Positions 30,093 to 39,719 of a stretch of DNA of 64,000 bases are shown here, one piece after another. How positions within the stretch are numbered: position 1 is the stretch's first letter; the number at the start of each line of letters is the position of its first letter. Location: the IMG/VR virus record IMGVR_UViG_3300037258_000514, positions 111,953-175,952 of that record. One strand, written 5' to 3'. The DNA comes from a virus. Both the position numbers and the translations under genes were made by a program. The notes below the pieces were generated by a model that was not told the DNA's origin, searched no databases, and saw nothing but the letters and a program-made list of their open reading frames with translations.

Positions 30093-30487
30093 TGTTATTA
30101 CTTTCTCCTTGAGGTTTTGTTGATCCAGCGGTAAAAATCACTTTCAGCCACAGTAGAATTCCTACGAGGAATACAACTGTGACTACATCAGGAAGATCGT
30201 CACGCAACAACACATGCAGCGACATCGCACTCCTTACAGTATTGGCGGTTGACCAATACTAACTAAGACGTGATTAATAACAAATAGTAGCGGCACCAAG
30301 ATTAGTGCCGCTACCAGGAAAAGCCAGCCAAGGCCCATTTACTTCTGGGCTTTCTTTTCTTTCTGTTGGCGAATTACGTTTACAAACATGCCCTCAAGCT
30401 TTCTGTTGCCTGAGTTCTTCAATGCCCCAAGCAGTTTGGAGCGCATCGTTGTGTTCATCATATGTACCTCCCTTTCTTGTTTTGTAC

Positions 30488-30516
30488 TTGACAGCAAGAT
30501 CTAAATTTCTTACAAT
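30488..30516 (+). promoter_or_regulatory. sigma70-type promoter, leaderless transcript
   Basis: TTGACA-17-TACAAT, 6 nt before ATG 30523. Confidence 0.75.
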
Positions 30517-30522
30517 AAAAAC

Positions 30523-30891
30523 ATGAATCGTCCCTGCCCTGTCAGCAGGAAGTTAAAGTTGCAGTATAAACTGCATTGGAATAGTTTTTATAATCTACTG
30601 CATTGCAAACCTTACAATCCTGATGAAATAGCAATCTTTCCATATACAGAAGAAGGATTTCTCAAGTTTATAGACGAATTAGGTATTCCTAATTCGTTGA
30701 TTAATCATCCCTCCCTTGCTCGAAAAGATCATCGCCTTCCTCATATTCCAGGCAATATTTGTTGGCAAGAACGTGAGTATAACATTGCTGAATCTCACTT
30801 CAGAAATCACTGGCTCCATCCTGCTGGCTACAGACATTGGAACGACGTAAGAAAAGGCGTTAAGGAACAAGTTCTGTTTTACAGATACTAA
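30523..30891 (+). CDS. degenerate HNH-like endonuclease
   Basis: FIDELG...SLARKD...PGNICW...N; resembles 34463-34930. Confidence 0.55.
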   Translation: MNRPCPVSRKLKLQYKLHWNSFYNLLHCKPYNPDEIAIFPYTEEGFLKFIDELGIPNSLINHPSLARKDHRLPHIPGNICWQEREYNIAESHFRNHWLHPAGYRHWNDVRKGVKEQVLFYRY

Positions 30892-30894
30892 CTC

Positions 30895-30923
30895 TTGACA
30901 AAAAGTTTAACTTACTATAGACT
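30895..30923 (+). promoter_or_regulatory. sigma70-type promoter
   Basis: TTGACA-17-TAGACT followed by a perfect GAAA-loop hairpin. Confidence 0.55.
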
Positions 30924-31020
30924 TCGTCCGTGCGAAAGCACGGACGCCAGTCGTGCAACCTATGTTCCACTTCTGTTACAGCGCGTATACTTCGTTAAGC
31001 AGCTCACCTTCTACTGCATT

Positions 31021-31475
31021 CTACTCCTCGCTAATCTCGAACGTTGGAATCTCACCAACGTATTGTCGTTGGGTGATTCGTTGTGGTACACTAGGCTCGC
31101 GCCCAGCAAACTGGTAAATCAGCCTGCGCTGGTTAACTTGCAGGTTGGACGATCTTGTTGAACGAAACACGTGAAGCCGTTTTATCTTACGGTCATCACG
31201 TAGTTGAAAAGCCAGTCGTTCAGTATGAGATACAACGTGAGGATTACGGCCTGGATGCGCCATCGCATTTATCCCTCCTTGGCATGGAAGCCATTGTAAA
31301 ACTCCGTATCGTACGGAGTAATAGGTAAGCTGTAAGACTCGACAGGAAATTGCTCAGTCATTACTATGTTAACTCCTGCCTGTGAGAAGAGCACTTTAGC
31401 TAGTACATCTCTACCATCGTTTGTCCATGCTACGACGATGTGAATGATTTCGATGTCTAAGCCTTCATCCTGCAT
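31021..31475 (-). other. two small hypothetical genes
   Basis: GGAGG / GGAAGG SD. Confidence 0.55.
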
Positions 31476-31821
31476 AACTGTTACCTTCCTTTCGTTAGAT
31501 TAGTGTAACCACGAAAGGCTACGTTTCTGACCACAATCAGCCTGCGCCTGAGCGTCTCCTGTTATTGTGGTAGTAGCCTTTCATCTGGTTGCGCTAGTCC
31601 TTTACGCTGTCCATACTAGCACAGCTACAGGCCATGATACACCTCTTTTCATTTGTTGTTGTGGTTTGACGAACGAGTTGATTACGCTGCTTAGGCGCCG
31701 ATTTAGATTATGTTAATTGTTGTGTCTGGTTAAACTAGTAACGTTTCATAAGGTAGCACCTCCTGTACTCATTACTACGCTCTCCTGGTTTGAAGAGCGC
31801 AGTATGAAGACAGGCTAGCCG

Positions 31822-32331
31822 TTAGCCTTGCGCTTTAACTTCTTCGCGAGACTCTTCGTCTTCCTCTTCCGCCTCGTTGTCTTCCAGTTCATGTTCCAGT
31901 TCGTCGACGTTTACCTCATCGCCGGCATCAGCAGCCGTCACCGAGTTGGCATCCATCATCTCCTGGTTGATATCGCGCCCGGTCTCAAAGCCTTCCTTCG
32001 TATTCAAGGAATGTTTGCCAACCGTAATGTGCACCTTGGTTGGATCGACCGCTGCATGCGCAGCCACGGCAACCTTCGCCGTTACCTTTGTGTCTTGCTT
32101 GGTGAGCAACTGGTCACCGATAACGGCAGCCGCGAAACCCTCCTTGTAAGACTTGATCTCCGGCAACGATACGCCGCCCTGACGACCGATCTGAATCGTC
32201 GGCCAACCAGGCGCCTGGATGAAGACGTTCCCATTCTCTTCCGTCTGCTTAAAGTCCGGATTAACGGCCGGAACACGCGCAGCAATGGCCGAGACGAGCT
32301 TTTCCAGCGTAGCAGTTTGTTTTACGTTCAT
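31822..32331 (-). CDS. early protein with acidic tail, paralog of 36821-37237
   Basis: WPTIQIGRQGGVSLPEIKSY...AAVIGDQLLTKQ; GC-richer codons. Confidence 0.8.
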   Translation of the reverse strand: MNVKQTATLEKLVSAIAARVPAVNPDFKQTEENGNVFIQAPGWPTIQIGRQGGVSLPEIKSYKEGFAAAVIGDQLLTKQDTKVTAKVAVAAHAAVDPTKVHITVGKHSLNTKEGFETGRDINQEMMDANSVTAADAGDEVNVDELEHELEDNEAEEEDEESREEVKAQG

Positions 32332-32423
32332 ATTGTAACCTTCCTTTTAACGCCCAATGGGCGATGAATTGGAGCCTTGAAGCACTCCTTCCTCTACATC
32401 TGTGCATGTAGAGGCCACAGTGC

Positions 32424-33251
32424 TTAGTAGCGTGAATAGTGAGGTTTGCGACTAACAATGGGCGTTAGCAGCGGCAAGCCATTGACTGTCATGCCATCAT
32501 AGTCGCAATGCTGCGCGATAGCAGGTTTCTTGAAGCCGAAGTATTTCTTCGTCACTTCCTGTTTACCGCACTTTGGGCAAGTATGAGACTCAGCCCATAG
32601 TTCTTGTGATAGGTGGGCGCAGCTATCGTTGTGCTCCCAGATGAAATAACAGGAAGGACAGCGATGCTTATGGTTAGATCCGAAAGCCGATCCGTAGGAC
32701 TTTGTGTTGTAAGGCATGAAACGCTCCTTGGTTGTTAGGAGTTAGAGATTGTTAAATGTAGCGGACGTCGTCGAAGACTGCAACGTCATGTAGTGGATAC
32801 ATGACCATGTCGTTGTAGGTCTCAGGCCATCGTCTATTGTCTATTACCAACGCGGCAAGGTAGGCGTTCTTGGAAGGGAAGAGGTACGTAAGTACCTCTA
32901 GTTTGGTTTCAGGCTTGGGCCAGCCCAGTTCTTGGGCCTTACGCCCGCCTAGCCGAAGTGCTACTAGGGCAGCTTGTTCTGTCCATTCGGCTTCGGAGAT
33001 GATGTTACCTTGAGGATCTTTGTAGATACCTCCGTCCATTGACATAGTGGTTCTCCTTACTGAGGGATGGGCCAACCGCGCCTGGTATATTCATTCTCAA
33101 GAAGACATTGGTCACGAATAGCATCCCAATCTTTAGGATTGGCAGCAAGAGCTGATGCAGTGACGCTCCACCAGCTATCCAGTTTTTCTTTCGGAATGTC
33201 TGTGTAAGACATGTAGTATCTCCTTTCGTAGTAACGATATAACTCGTCCAA
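32424..33251 (-). other. three small hypothetical genes (Zn-ribbon 32424-32717; 32752-~33045; 33057-~33212)
   Basis: AGGAG SDs; CPSC/CPKC. Confidence 0.6.
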
Positions 33252-34017
33252 ACATAGTCGTTACTCCTTTCTGTTAGGGGTTAGTACGTGAGAAGAGGTA
33301 AGTGGTTAGTCGTTGAAGTGGTAGTAGGCGTAGTGGAGTGTGGTTGTGTGGAGTTAGTTAATAGTAGAAGGGGTAAGACGTTGCCGCCTACGCTCAACCG
33401 CAACCTCTTTCTGCAAGAGTACTTACCGTTGATATGGTTTGATTAACGAAACCAGGAAAAACGTAAGAGCGAAAGCAACTGCTGCAACTGCCAAATTCAC
33501 AAACATGTTATAACCACCTTTCATTGAAAGTACAGTGAGAAGCACATACCAAAACTGTCTATGCTTATAGCTCCCGTCAGTTGTTCAACGGTCCACCTAA
33601 GTCTCCAAACCTCCCCCATTTGTTCTACAATCCGGTCGTACGTTCGTTCGCCACAGTAAGTTGCCCTAACCGCCAGACAAACCAGTACGTTACACAATGA
33701 AGCACGTACAAGCACGTCTAACAGCGCGAACAGTGATTCTAGCGGACTGTAAACCTTGTGGTCTAGTCGCTGGGCTCACTATAAGCTTTAAATCGCTAAT
33801 ATTCTAGCGACCTACTAGGCGACGGTTCGGATGCTTCCCGTCCATCCGTTCGTTGGCGGTTTCAAAGTGCAACGGCGGCCATCTTCTATGTCCAACGTGT
33901 CAGTGATTCTTTCCACTGAACTGCCCACAGTGGTGGTTGTTCCACCATGAGTTACCTGCACTTGGTGAAGCAGCAGGTTGACGCTGTACCGTTGCAGCCC
34001 GTTTTGGTATATGTTTC

Positions 34018-34266
34018 TCACTGTACTTCCTTCTTTTCTCTTTCTTCCTGTGAACCTATCCGTACGATAGGTCCTGCTAACAGCCCTAACTGCTTTAGTT
34101 TATTCCGATTGTCCTCCTTTAGATGCATCTGTCCAATCACCTTGTGGTAAGCGCCGCATGAGGCACAGTCACAAGTTTTAGCATGTGGTTGTGGATCAGG
34201 TCTATAATACCTTGTTTTAGGCATTATAAGAAATGGTAGGCGTTTGGATTGAGGTGCTTTGGACAT
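34018..34266 (-). CDS. small Cys/His protein
   Basis: HAKTCDCASC. Confidence 0.55.
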   Translation of the reverse strand: MSKAPQSKRLPFLIMPKTRYYRPDPQPHAKTCDCASCGAYHKVIGQMHLKEDNRNKLKQLGLLAGPIVRIGSQEEREKKEVQ

Positions 34267-34426
34267 ATGATTAATTAGGCCCTTTATGGCCCAATTATTA
34301 TTATAATAGATCTTAATAGCAGATTATATAGAAGTTTTAAAGAAAACTGTGAATATCTAATATCTTCTGTTACACAACGTCTATACTACAACTGTTCTAC
34401 AACTATTCTGCTACAAGCAGATGAGG

Positions 34427-34455
34427 TTGACTTACGGGACGATTCATATTAAACT
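34427..34455 (+). promoter_or_regulatory. sigma70-type promoter, leaderless transcript
   Basis: TTGACT-17-TAAACT, 7 nt before ATG 34463. Confidence 0.7.
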
Positions 34456-34462
34456 ATAAGGT

Positions 34463-34930
34463 ATGTCATCACTAACTATGCAGTACGAAAGAGAATATGA
34501 TGCATTCCTTGGTGCTCGTAATAGATGTAATACACCTTCAACAACAAGTTATGAAAGATATGGAGGTAGAGGAATTAAGTTCCTCTACAAGGATTTCCAA
34601 GAGTTCTTTACCGATTTAGGCGCCAAACCCTCTTATGAGAAACACAAGAATGGAATGCCATTATACTCGCTTGACCGGAAAAATACGAACGGGAATTACG
34701 AGAAAGGTAACTGTAGATGGGCTACATTCGAGGAACAGCAAGACAACAGAGAGAATGTAGGACGTCCGCGAAGATTAGAAGCAGATAAGCTAACAGAAGG
34801 AAAGTTCGATAAGATAGTCACGTTCTCGTGTACTAACAAGCAAGCTGAACAGTTAAGAATCCTTGCTAGTGAGAAGGGCATGAATACTTCTGAGTATATG
34901 AGGTTCCTAATCTCAGAGCTTTCTACATAG
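34463..34930 (+). CDS. HNH endonuclease fused to a C-terminal ribbon-helix-helix-like domain
   Basis: YGGRGIK...SLDRKNTNGNYEKGNCRWAT..EQQDN; IVTFSCT...LASEKGMNTSEYMR. Confidence 0.8.
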   Translation: MSSLTMQYEREYDAFLGARNRCNTPSTTSYERYGGRGIKFLYKDFQEFFTDLGAKPSYEKHKNGMPLYSLDRKNTNGNYEKGNCRWATFEEQQDNRENVGRPRRLEADKLTEGKFDKIVTFSCTNKQAEQLRILASEKGMNTSEYMRFLISELST

Positions 34931-35333
34931 AAGTGGACCTTACTACAACTGTTCTATATCTATTCTACAACTATTCTGCAGGGGATGTATTAATGCTTAG
35001 AAGGGATATTCGCACACAGGGATGAACTGATCTAAGAGTTGTGATACATCTATACGATAGTTTAGATTGGCAGGAGAAGAGAACGGATCTAGAACACTTA
35101 ACAAGTCTACAAACATGGTCCAAGCATTTGTCTGGATGTGTAATACACCATTGTCCTCTGTACTCCGAACGTATGTGTGCTCCATACATCTGGTTATACC
35201 GATGCACGCGTAGTGCCCCTAAAATTCCCCCACGAGGGAGCTAGGTTTTTATGGCACGCACTACCAAGAATGTTCAGGATACACTGCTTCGCCTAAGCTT
35301 TTAGGGTACGTGGGAACTTTGGTATACTAGAAT

Positions 35334-35717
35334 ATGACTACGTGGTATCAACGATATGAGCGGGATAAGAGGGCTGGTTATATCTATATTGTTGGTTCAA
35401 CTACAGAACACAAGTTTAAGTTTGGAATGACGATGCAAAGTACGCCTGAGGAAAGGATGCGTACAGTTGCTCTATCAGTTAACTTTTTCTGTAACGTACG
35501 TATTGCGTGGTCTACAGATGATTGTTATGCTGAAGAACGATCTTGGCATACAACACTAACGTCCAGAGCGTTAGGTGGAGAGTGGTTCGCCTTAGACGAA
35601 GAGGATTTATCTATACTGTTGAATGTAATAATAACATTTCCTAACTGCTATAGCTATCTTGCTGACGATTATAACAGGAAACCTATGCCGGAAAGAATAC
35701 TTCTTCTATCTACATAA
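35334..35717 (+). CDS. T5orf172/GIY-YIG-like nuclease
   Basis: GYIYIV...KFGMT...PEERM...E..WH...GGEWF; extended -10 TGgTATACT 5 nt before the ATG. Confidence 0.8.
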   Translation: MTTWYQRYERDKRAGYIYIVGSTTEHKFKFGMTMQSTPEERMRTVALSVNFFCNVRIAWSTDDCYAEERSWHTTLTSRALGGEWFALDEEDLSILLNVIITFPNCYSYLADDYNRKPMPERILLLST

Positions 35718-36065
35718 CAACAACTTTTCTACACCACGTGTACGGGAAAGTATACAGCAGTAAGAAGTGGACCTTATAACAACCTTTCGATAACTATTCT
35801 TCTGCTACTGAGAGGCGGACCTTATAACAACTATTCTTCATCATTTCTGCGACCACTACTGTTCTACAACTATTCTGCAGCAGCAGAGGGGTGCAGACCG
35901 TAAGCAAGCATAGCAGCAGGTAATCATGCGGGAATAACGGGAGAATAACGCGCATAAGAAAACCCGCCTGTACCAGCGCGGGTTTATCGGTCGGATGTGA
36001 TGCGCGTTATGCGCGTAATCGGAGTGAGAGAACCGCGAGCACAATTCCTGTGATTATCAGCGCGG

Positions 36066-36317
36066 TCATGCCAACATGCTTTCTAACGTTTCGCGCTCAC
36101 GCTGGAGTACGGTTTTCGCATCTTGCAGGTCACGTTGCGCTTTCGCAACGCGATTCGCCTGTGCAAGCATGGTAGGCGTTACTGCCCCTGTTATTTGCGC
36201 CATGTGCGTTAGTAGGTTTGCACGGTAGTTCAGTGATTTTCCCGCACCTACTCCCGCCTGTATCTCACGGTAGCGGTCATTGTCTGAGATTAACGCGGTT
36301 TTCTCATTACCGTTCAT
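36066..36317 (-). CDS. hypothetical early protein
   Basis: GAGG SD. Confidence 0.6.
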   Translation of the reverse strand: MNGNEKTALISDNDRYREIQAGVGAGKSLNYRANLLTHMAQITGAVTPTMLAQANRVAKAQRDLQDAKTVLQRERETLESMLA

Positions 36318-36415
36318 TTGTCTTTTCCTCGTTTTCGTTTGAATTGGCTTACTCTACCGTTATGGACACGTTACTAACCCGTATCCCATAACGCGGGAGT
36401 AACCCCACGTAGCGT

Positions 36416-36595
36416 CTAATACCTGTTTTTTAACAGCCAACGTTCTACAATTTCGCGCAATTGCGTTTGTTCATTCTCTGTGAGTTCTCCCCTTACTGCC
36501 ACTAACGTGAAAGTATGTGCTTCGTTGTTCGCGTGAAAAGCCTGCACGGTACTCTTGAGTACCTGCACATCGTTACCCGTTGCATTTATTAACAT
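36416..36595 (-). CDS. 59-aa hypothetical protein (not in track)
   Basis: GGAG SD; MLINATGNDVQVLKS...WLLKNRY. Confidence 0.55.
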   Translation of the reverse strand: MLINATGNDVQVLKSTVQAFHANNEAHTFTLVAVRGELTENEQTQLREIVERWLLKNRY

Positions 36596-36820
36596 GGTAG
36601 TTATTCTCCCGTTACGTACAGGTAACCCCTGTCCATAACGCGGGAATAACCCCGCGCCTTACGTTAACCCTTGCGCCTGAGTGTCTCAAGAGAACGCTGT
36701 TGCTCGCGCCATGCGGTCATGTAACGCGTTAACTCAGCTTGCCGTTTGTCATTCATTGTCGTCATCTTGTCTGCGCCTGAGCGCGGTCTATTACTACCGT
36801 TAAAGAGAAAAACCCCCGCG

Positions 36821-37237
36821 TTACTTTTTCGCGGGAATTGTCGCGGGAGCCGTTACACCGGGCGCATTGCCTACCGTAACGGCAACGGGTAACGCGGGAG
36901 TGGTGGCTAGTAACGCGCTGCGATACCCGTTTTGGCGGGCAAGGTGCTTGTCAGCGATTACGGCTGCATCAAACGCGGGATTGGCGTAACTACGGATAGA
37001 GGGTAGGTCGATTCCCCCATTGCGACCAATGGCAATAACGGGCCAATTGTCGATTTTCGCAACAGACTTGTCGGGCATCGTTCCACCCGTTACGCTGACC
37101 AGCACCTTACCCGTTGTTGCGTCATCCTTCAACTCGAACGTGGGAGAAAACCCGCGTACCGTAAGAATTGCTTGCGCGAGTGCGAGAACCGTTGCCTGTT
37201 GCTTCATGTTTCCGTTAGCTGACATTTGAGTAACCAT
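36821..37237 (-). CDS. early protein, paralog of 31822-32331
   Basis: WPVIAIGRNGGIDLPSIRSY...AAVIADKHLARQ. Confidence 0.75.
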   Translation of the reverse strand: MVTQMSANGNMKQQATVLALAQAILTVRGFSPTFELKDDATTGKVLVSVTGGTMPDKSVAKIDNWPVIAIGRNGGIDLPSIRSYANPAFDAAVIADKHLARQNGYRSALLATTPALPVAVTVGNAPGVTAPATIPAKK

Positions 37238-37867
37238 CCTTTTTGAATTTCACGTTAACCTTAACGTGATAATGGGAGAATAACGCTAAAGGGGGAAATT
37301 GCAATGCACTTTTACAAAACTTTACAATTCCCGTAATGGGATAATACCCTATAGAATTACTCAACATGCGTAAACCCTTTGTAATGAATGACATACAATC
37401 AAAAGTTTCTTCGCTTGCACCCGGGCTACGGAGGTTGAATATAACATACTTCTGCAACCATTTAACTTACCAGTACCTCTAACACATACTACCACTTCAC
37501 ACCAGTCTTCCTACTTATACCTACAACATTCATCATAACAGTACATCTTACATCTAACATCTAACCACTACGTCTTAGCTCTTCTCCCCCACTATAGTAT
37601 GCCTTCTCAGATTTTGTAGTATTATTACATTGACGTATTTTTGCTTACCTGTTCTTTACTACGGTATAATTACATATATGCCAACACTAACACTAACAAG
37701 AACCTGTCCTTGGGTGCTATGAGATTTATAATCTAACACACAAAACAGAACAAGCTCATCTTAAAATTTGTTCGGTATATCAATCACTTCCTATTGCCTT
37801 AATTAAAGATGGCAAGACTTACGTAGCGCTCCCATCTAATCCAGAGATCCTAGTTGAACGGATATAA

Positions 37868-38086
37868 ATGAACAGAGGCGTATTTGACGAACTAAACTGG
37901 CCTAACTGTACTGTACCGAATTGCTCTAACAAAGCCTGCATTGGCTTATCGGATACGCTTTGCTTTCCTCACCACTTTAAGTTAAAGATAAAAACATTGC
38001 AAAATGGCGAGCACGCACCTGTATTTCCAGATAAAGCTACAAAGAAAAATATTACAAACTATTACATGAGGCACTTGAGGAGTTGA
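37868..38086 (+). CDS. small Zn-finger protein
   Basis: CTVPNC...C...CFPH. Confidence 0.55.
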   Translation: MNRGVFDELNWPNCTVPNCSNKACIGLSDTLCFPHHFKLKIKTLQNGEHAPVFPDKATKKNITNYYMRHLRS

Positions 38087-38495
38087 ATAAACTATGACTT
38101 TCGACAGAAGGGAATTTGCCAAACTCTTAGCTACATGTGCACTTAATAAATCTCGAGTGCAAACTTTATGCTATAGATAGAGAGAAGAAATGACTACTGC
38201 AATTGTGGATAACATCGAATTGTTCTTTCGCGGTATGGATGGCTGGGCACCTTGCCCTAGATGTAAAGATACATCTCCGAAACTTATTTCTACAACAAAC
38301 GAATACGATCACTACTGCGCCAAGTGCGATATAAGATATACTAGTAAAGGCGAGATATACACAGGATGAAAACTATTGCTGATTTTAAATATTGCCCTTT
38401 CTGTGGACAGCGACTAGAAGAAGATCAGAAGTTCAAGCTTGATGAAACTCTTGAAGATGTGTTTCATGCTTGTGTCGGAGGATTGTATGTTTATC

Positions 38496-38881
38496 CTAAT
38501 TACCGCTGGTCCGACGTACTAGTGTAACAGGATACGTTCCTCTTCTGATGTGCATATTCTTTACTGCTAGTACACGAATAAGCAAATCCGTATTTACTAG
38601 TACAGACATAGGAAAATTATCTACACCAGGATTGTAACCGCATAATGTGTGAGCTACTGTTTTTCTTGCGTCTTCTACGTCCTCTTCTGACGGTTCCATT
38701 TGTACAATTCCTCATATAAAAATTTTGCTGCCTCTTTACTTACAAACGTACAGCCAACTTGTATTCCCTCTTCTGTTACTTTAACCTTCAAAGGCTTCTT
38801 CTGTCCTGAATGATAAATATAGCCGTTGGCAGCTGTTAATCTGATCTTATTACGCCAAAAAAGAAATCTATTTCTTTCCAT
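38496..38881 (-). other. two small hypothetical genes
   Basis: Coupled ORFs. Confidence 0.5.
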
Positions 38882-38985
38882 AATTCACTATACCAAAATC
38901 CACGTGGGAGCAGATTTTTAGTATTACATCATTGCTACAAATATACTTACCAGTTCTATAGTCCTTACAATTGGTATAATTAGAT

Positions 38986-39222
38986 ATGAGTTCTATACCA
39001 GAAGCTTATATTTCAGGGGAACCTTACAGAGGGTTTTTGCCTAAGTTTTTTGCGTTTATTTGTCCTCACTGCAACTTCTGGAAGGCTTATCCTGCTTGTT
39101 TGGGTACTATTCGAGGGATCAAGTGTGCTGGAGGTGCCGGTGTGTTACAACCTGTATGTGGCAAATTTACAAGTGAAGAAACAATCATTACTGCAAAGTT
39201 CTTACGAATGGTAGAAGAGTGA
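38986..39222 (+). CDS. Cys-rich protein, probably leaderless
   Basis: TGgTATAAT 5 nt before the ATG. Confidence 0.6.
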   Translation: MSSIPEAYISGEPYRGFLPKFFAFICPHCNFWKAYPACLGTIRGIKCAGGAGVLQPVCGKFTSEETIITAKFLRMVEE

Positions 39223-39449
39223 TTCCCAAGAATCCTTTCCCCGACCCCCATGACGGCTACTTACGGAAGCTGTGCGAGAAGCACTCTACGCGAGTATCAA
39301 AGGAAAGTCAGTTAGTTCCTAGGGACCAATTCATGTCCGCTCTTCTCGAAGCGGTCCAGGCAATGAGAGAGAAAGCAGCGCAGACAATTTTGTCGTTCAC
39401 TGAGGATTGGCGTCCATGCGAATGCGGCTGGAGCGAAGGCAAGAAATAA
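39219..39449 (+). CDS. hypothetical protein
   Basis: GTGA overlap. Confidence 0.55.
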   Translation: MIPKNPFPDPHDGYLRKLCEKHSTRVSKESQLVPRDQFMSALLEAVQAMREKAAQTILSFTEDWRPCECGWSEGKK

Positions 39450-39658
39450 AAATAAATCAGGAATTTGTGCGCCAACTTCTTCTGTACATGGATATTAATA
39501 ACATTTCCAAGAGTGAGTTAGCTAAGCAACTAAACATTTCTAGATCACGAGTTTCACAAGTTCTTAATTATCAAAATAATCTTACACTTAGAAGCATGAT
39601 AAAGTTTTCTAGTGCCTTCGATCTAAAAATAGAAGTTGTAATTAGCAATAATAAATAA
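39407..39658 (+). CDS. XRE-family HTH regulator
   Basis: ISKSELAKQLNISRSRVSQVL...NLTLRSM. Confidence 0.85.
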   Translation: MASMRMRLERRQEIKINQEFVRQLLLYMDINNISKSELAKQLNISRSRVSQVLNYQNNLTLRSMIKFSSAFDLKIEVVISNNK

Positions 39659-39719
39659 ATTTTTCTCTTTTCGCGTTTTTTCACGAAAATACCCTTTAAC
39701 TTATGGTATATAGTTTTAT

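Larger units (their letters stand above)
34384..35880. repeat. dispersed short direct repeats CAACT(A/G)TTCT and GGACCTTA(C/T)
   Basis: Copies near 34389, 34400, 34946, 34968, 35792, 35828, 35867; GGACCTTA near 34935, 35769, 35817. Confidence 0.7.

Noticed and set aside
30191-30201. GGAAGATCGTC, like the 5' end of enterobacterial selC
   Set aside because: No cloverleaf follows; it lies antisense to a small membrane ORF
97-30526. Many plus-strand ORFs in the track opposite the minus-strand genes (e.g. 1020-1340, 16079-16498, 25315-25719)
   Set aside because: Antisense shadows of well-supported genes, without SD or recognisable motifs
31828-32367. 179-aa plus-strand ORF
   Set aside because: Shadow of the GC-rich gene 31822-32331, which has a paralog
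33855-33890. TTCAAA loop resembling a tRNA-Sec anticodon arm
   Set aside because: Flanks do not pair and there is no T-arm or acceptor stem
34384-35880. Repeats as a CRISPR array
   Set aside because: Too short, degenerate and irregularly spaced; no cas genes
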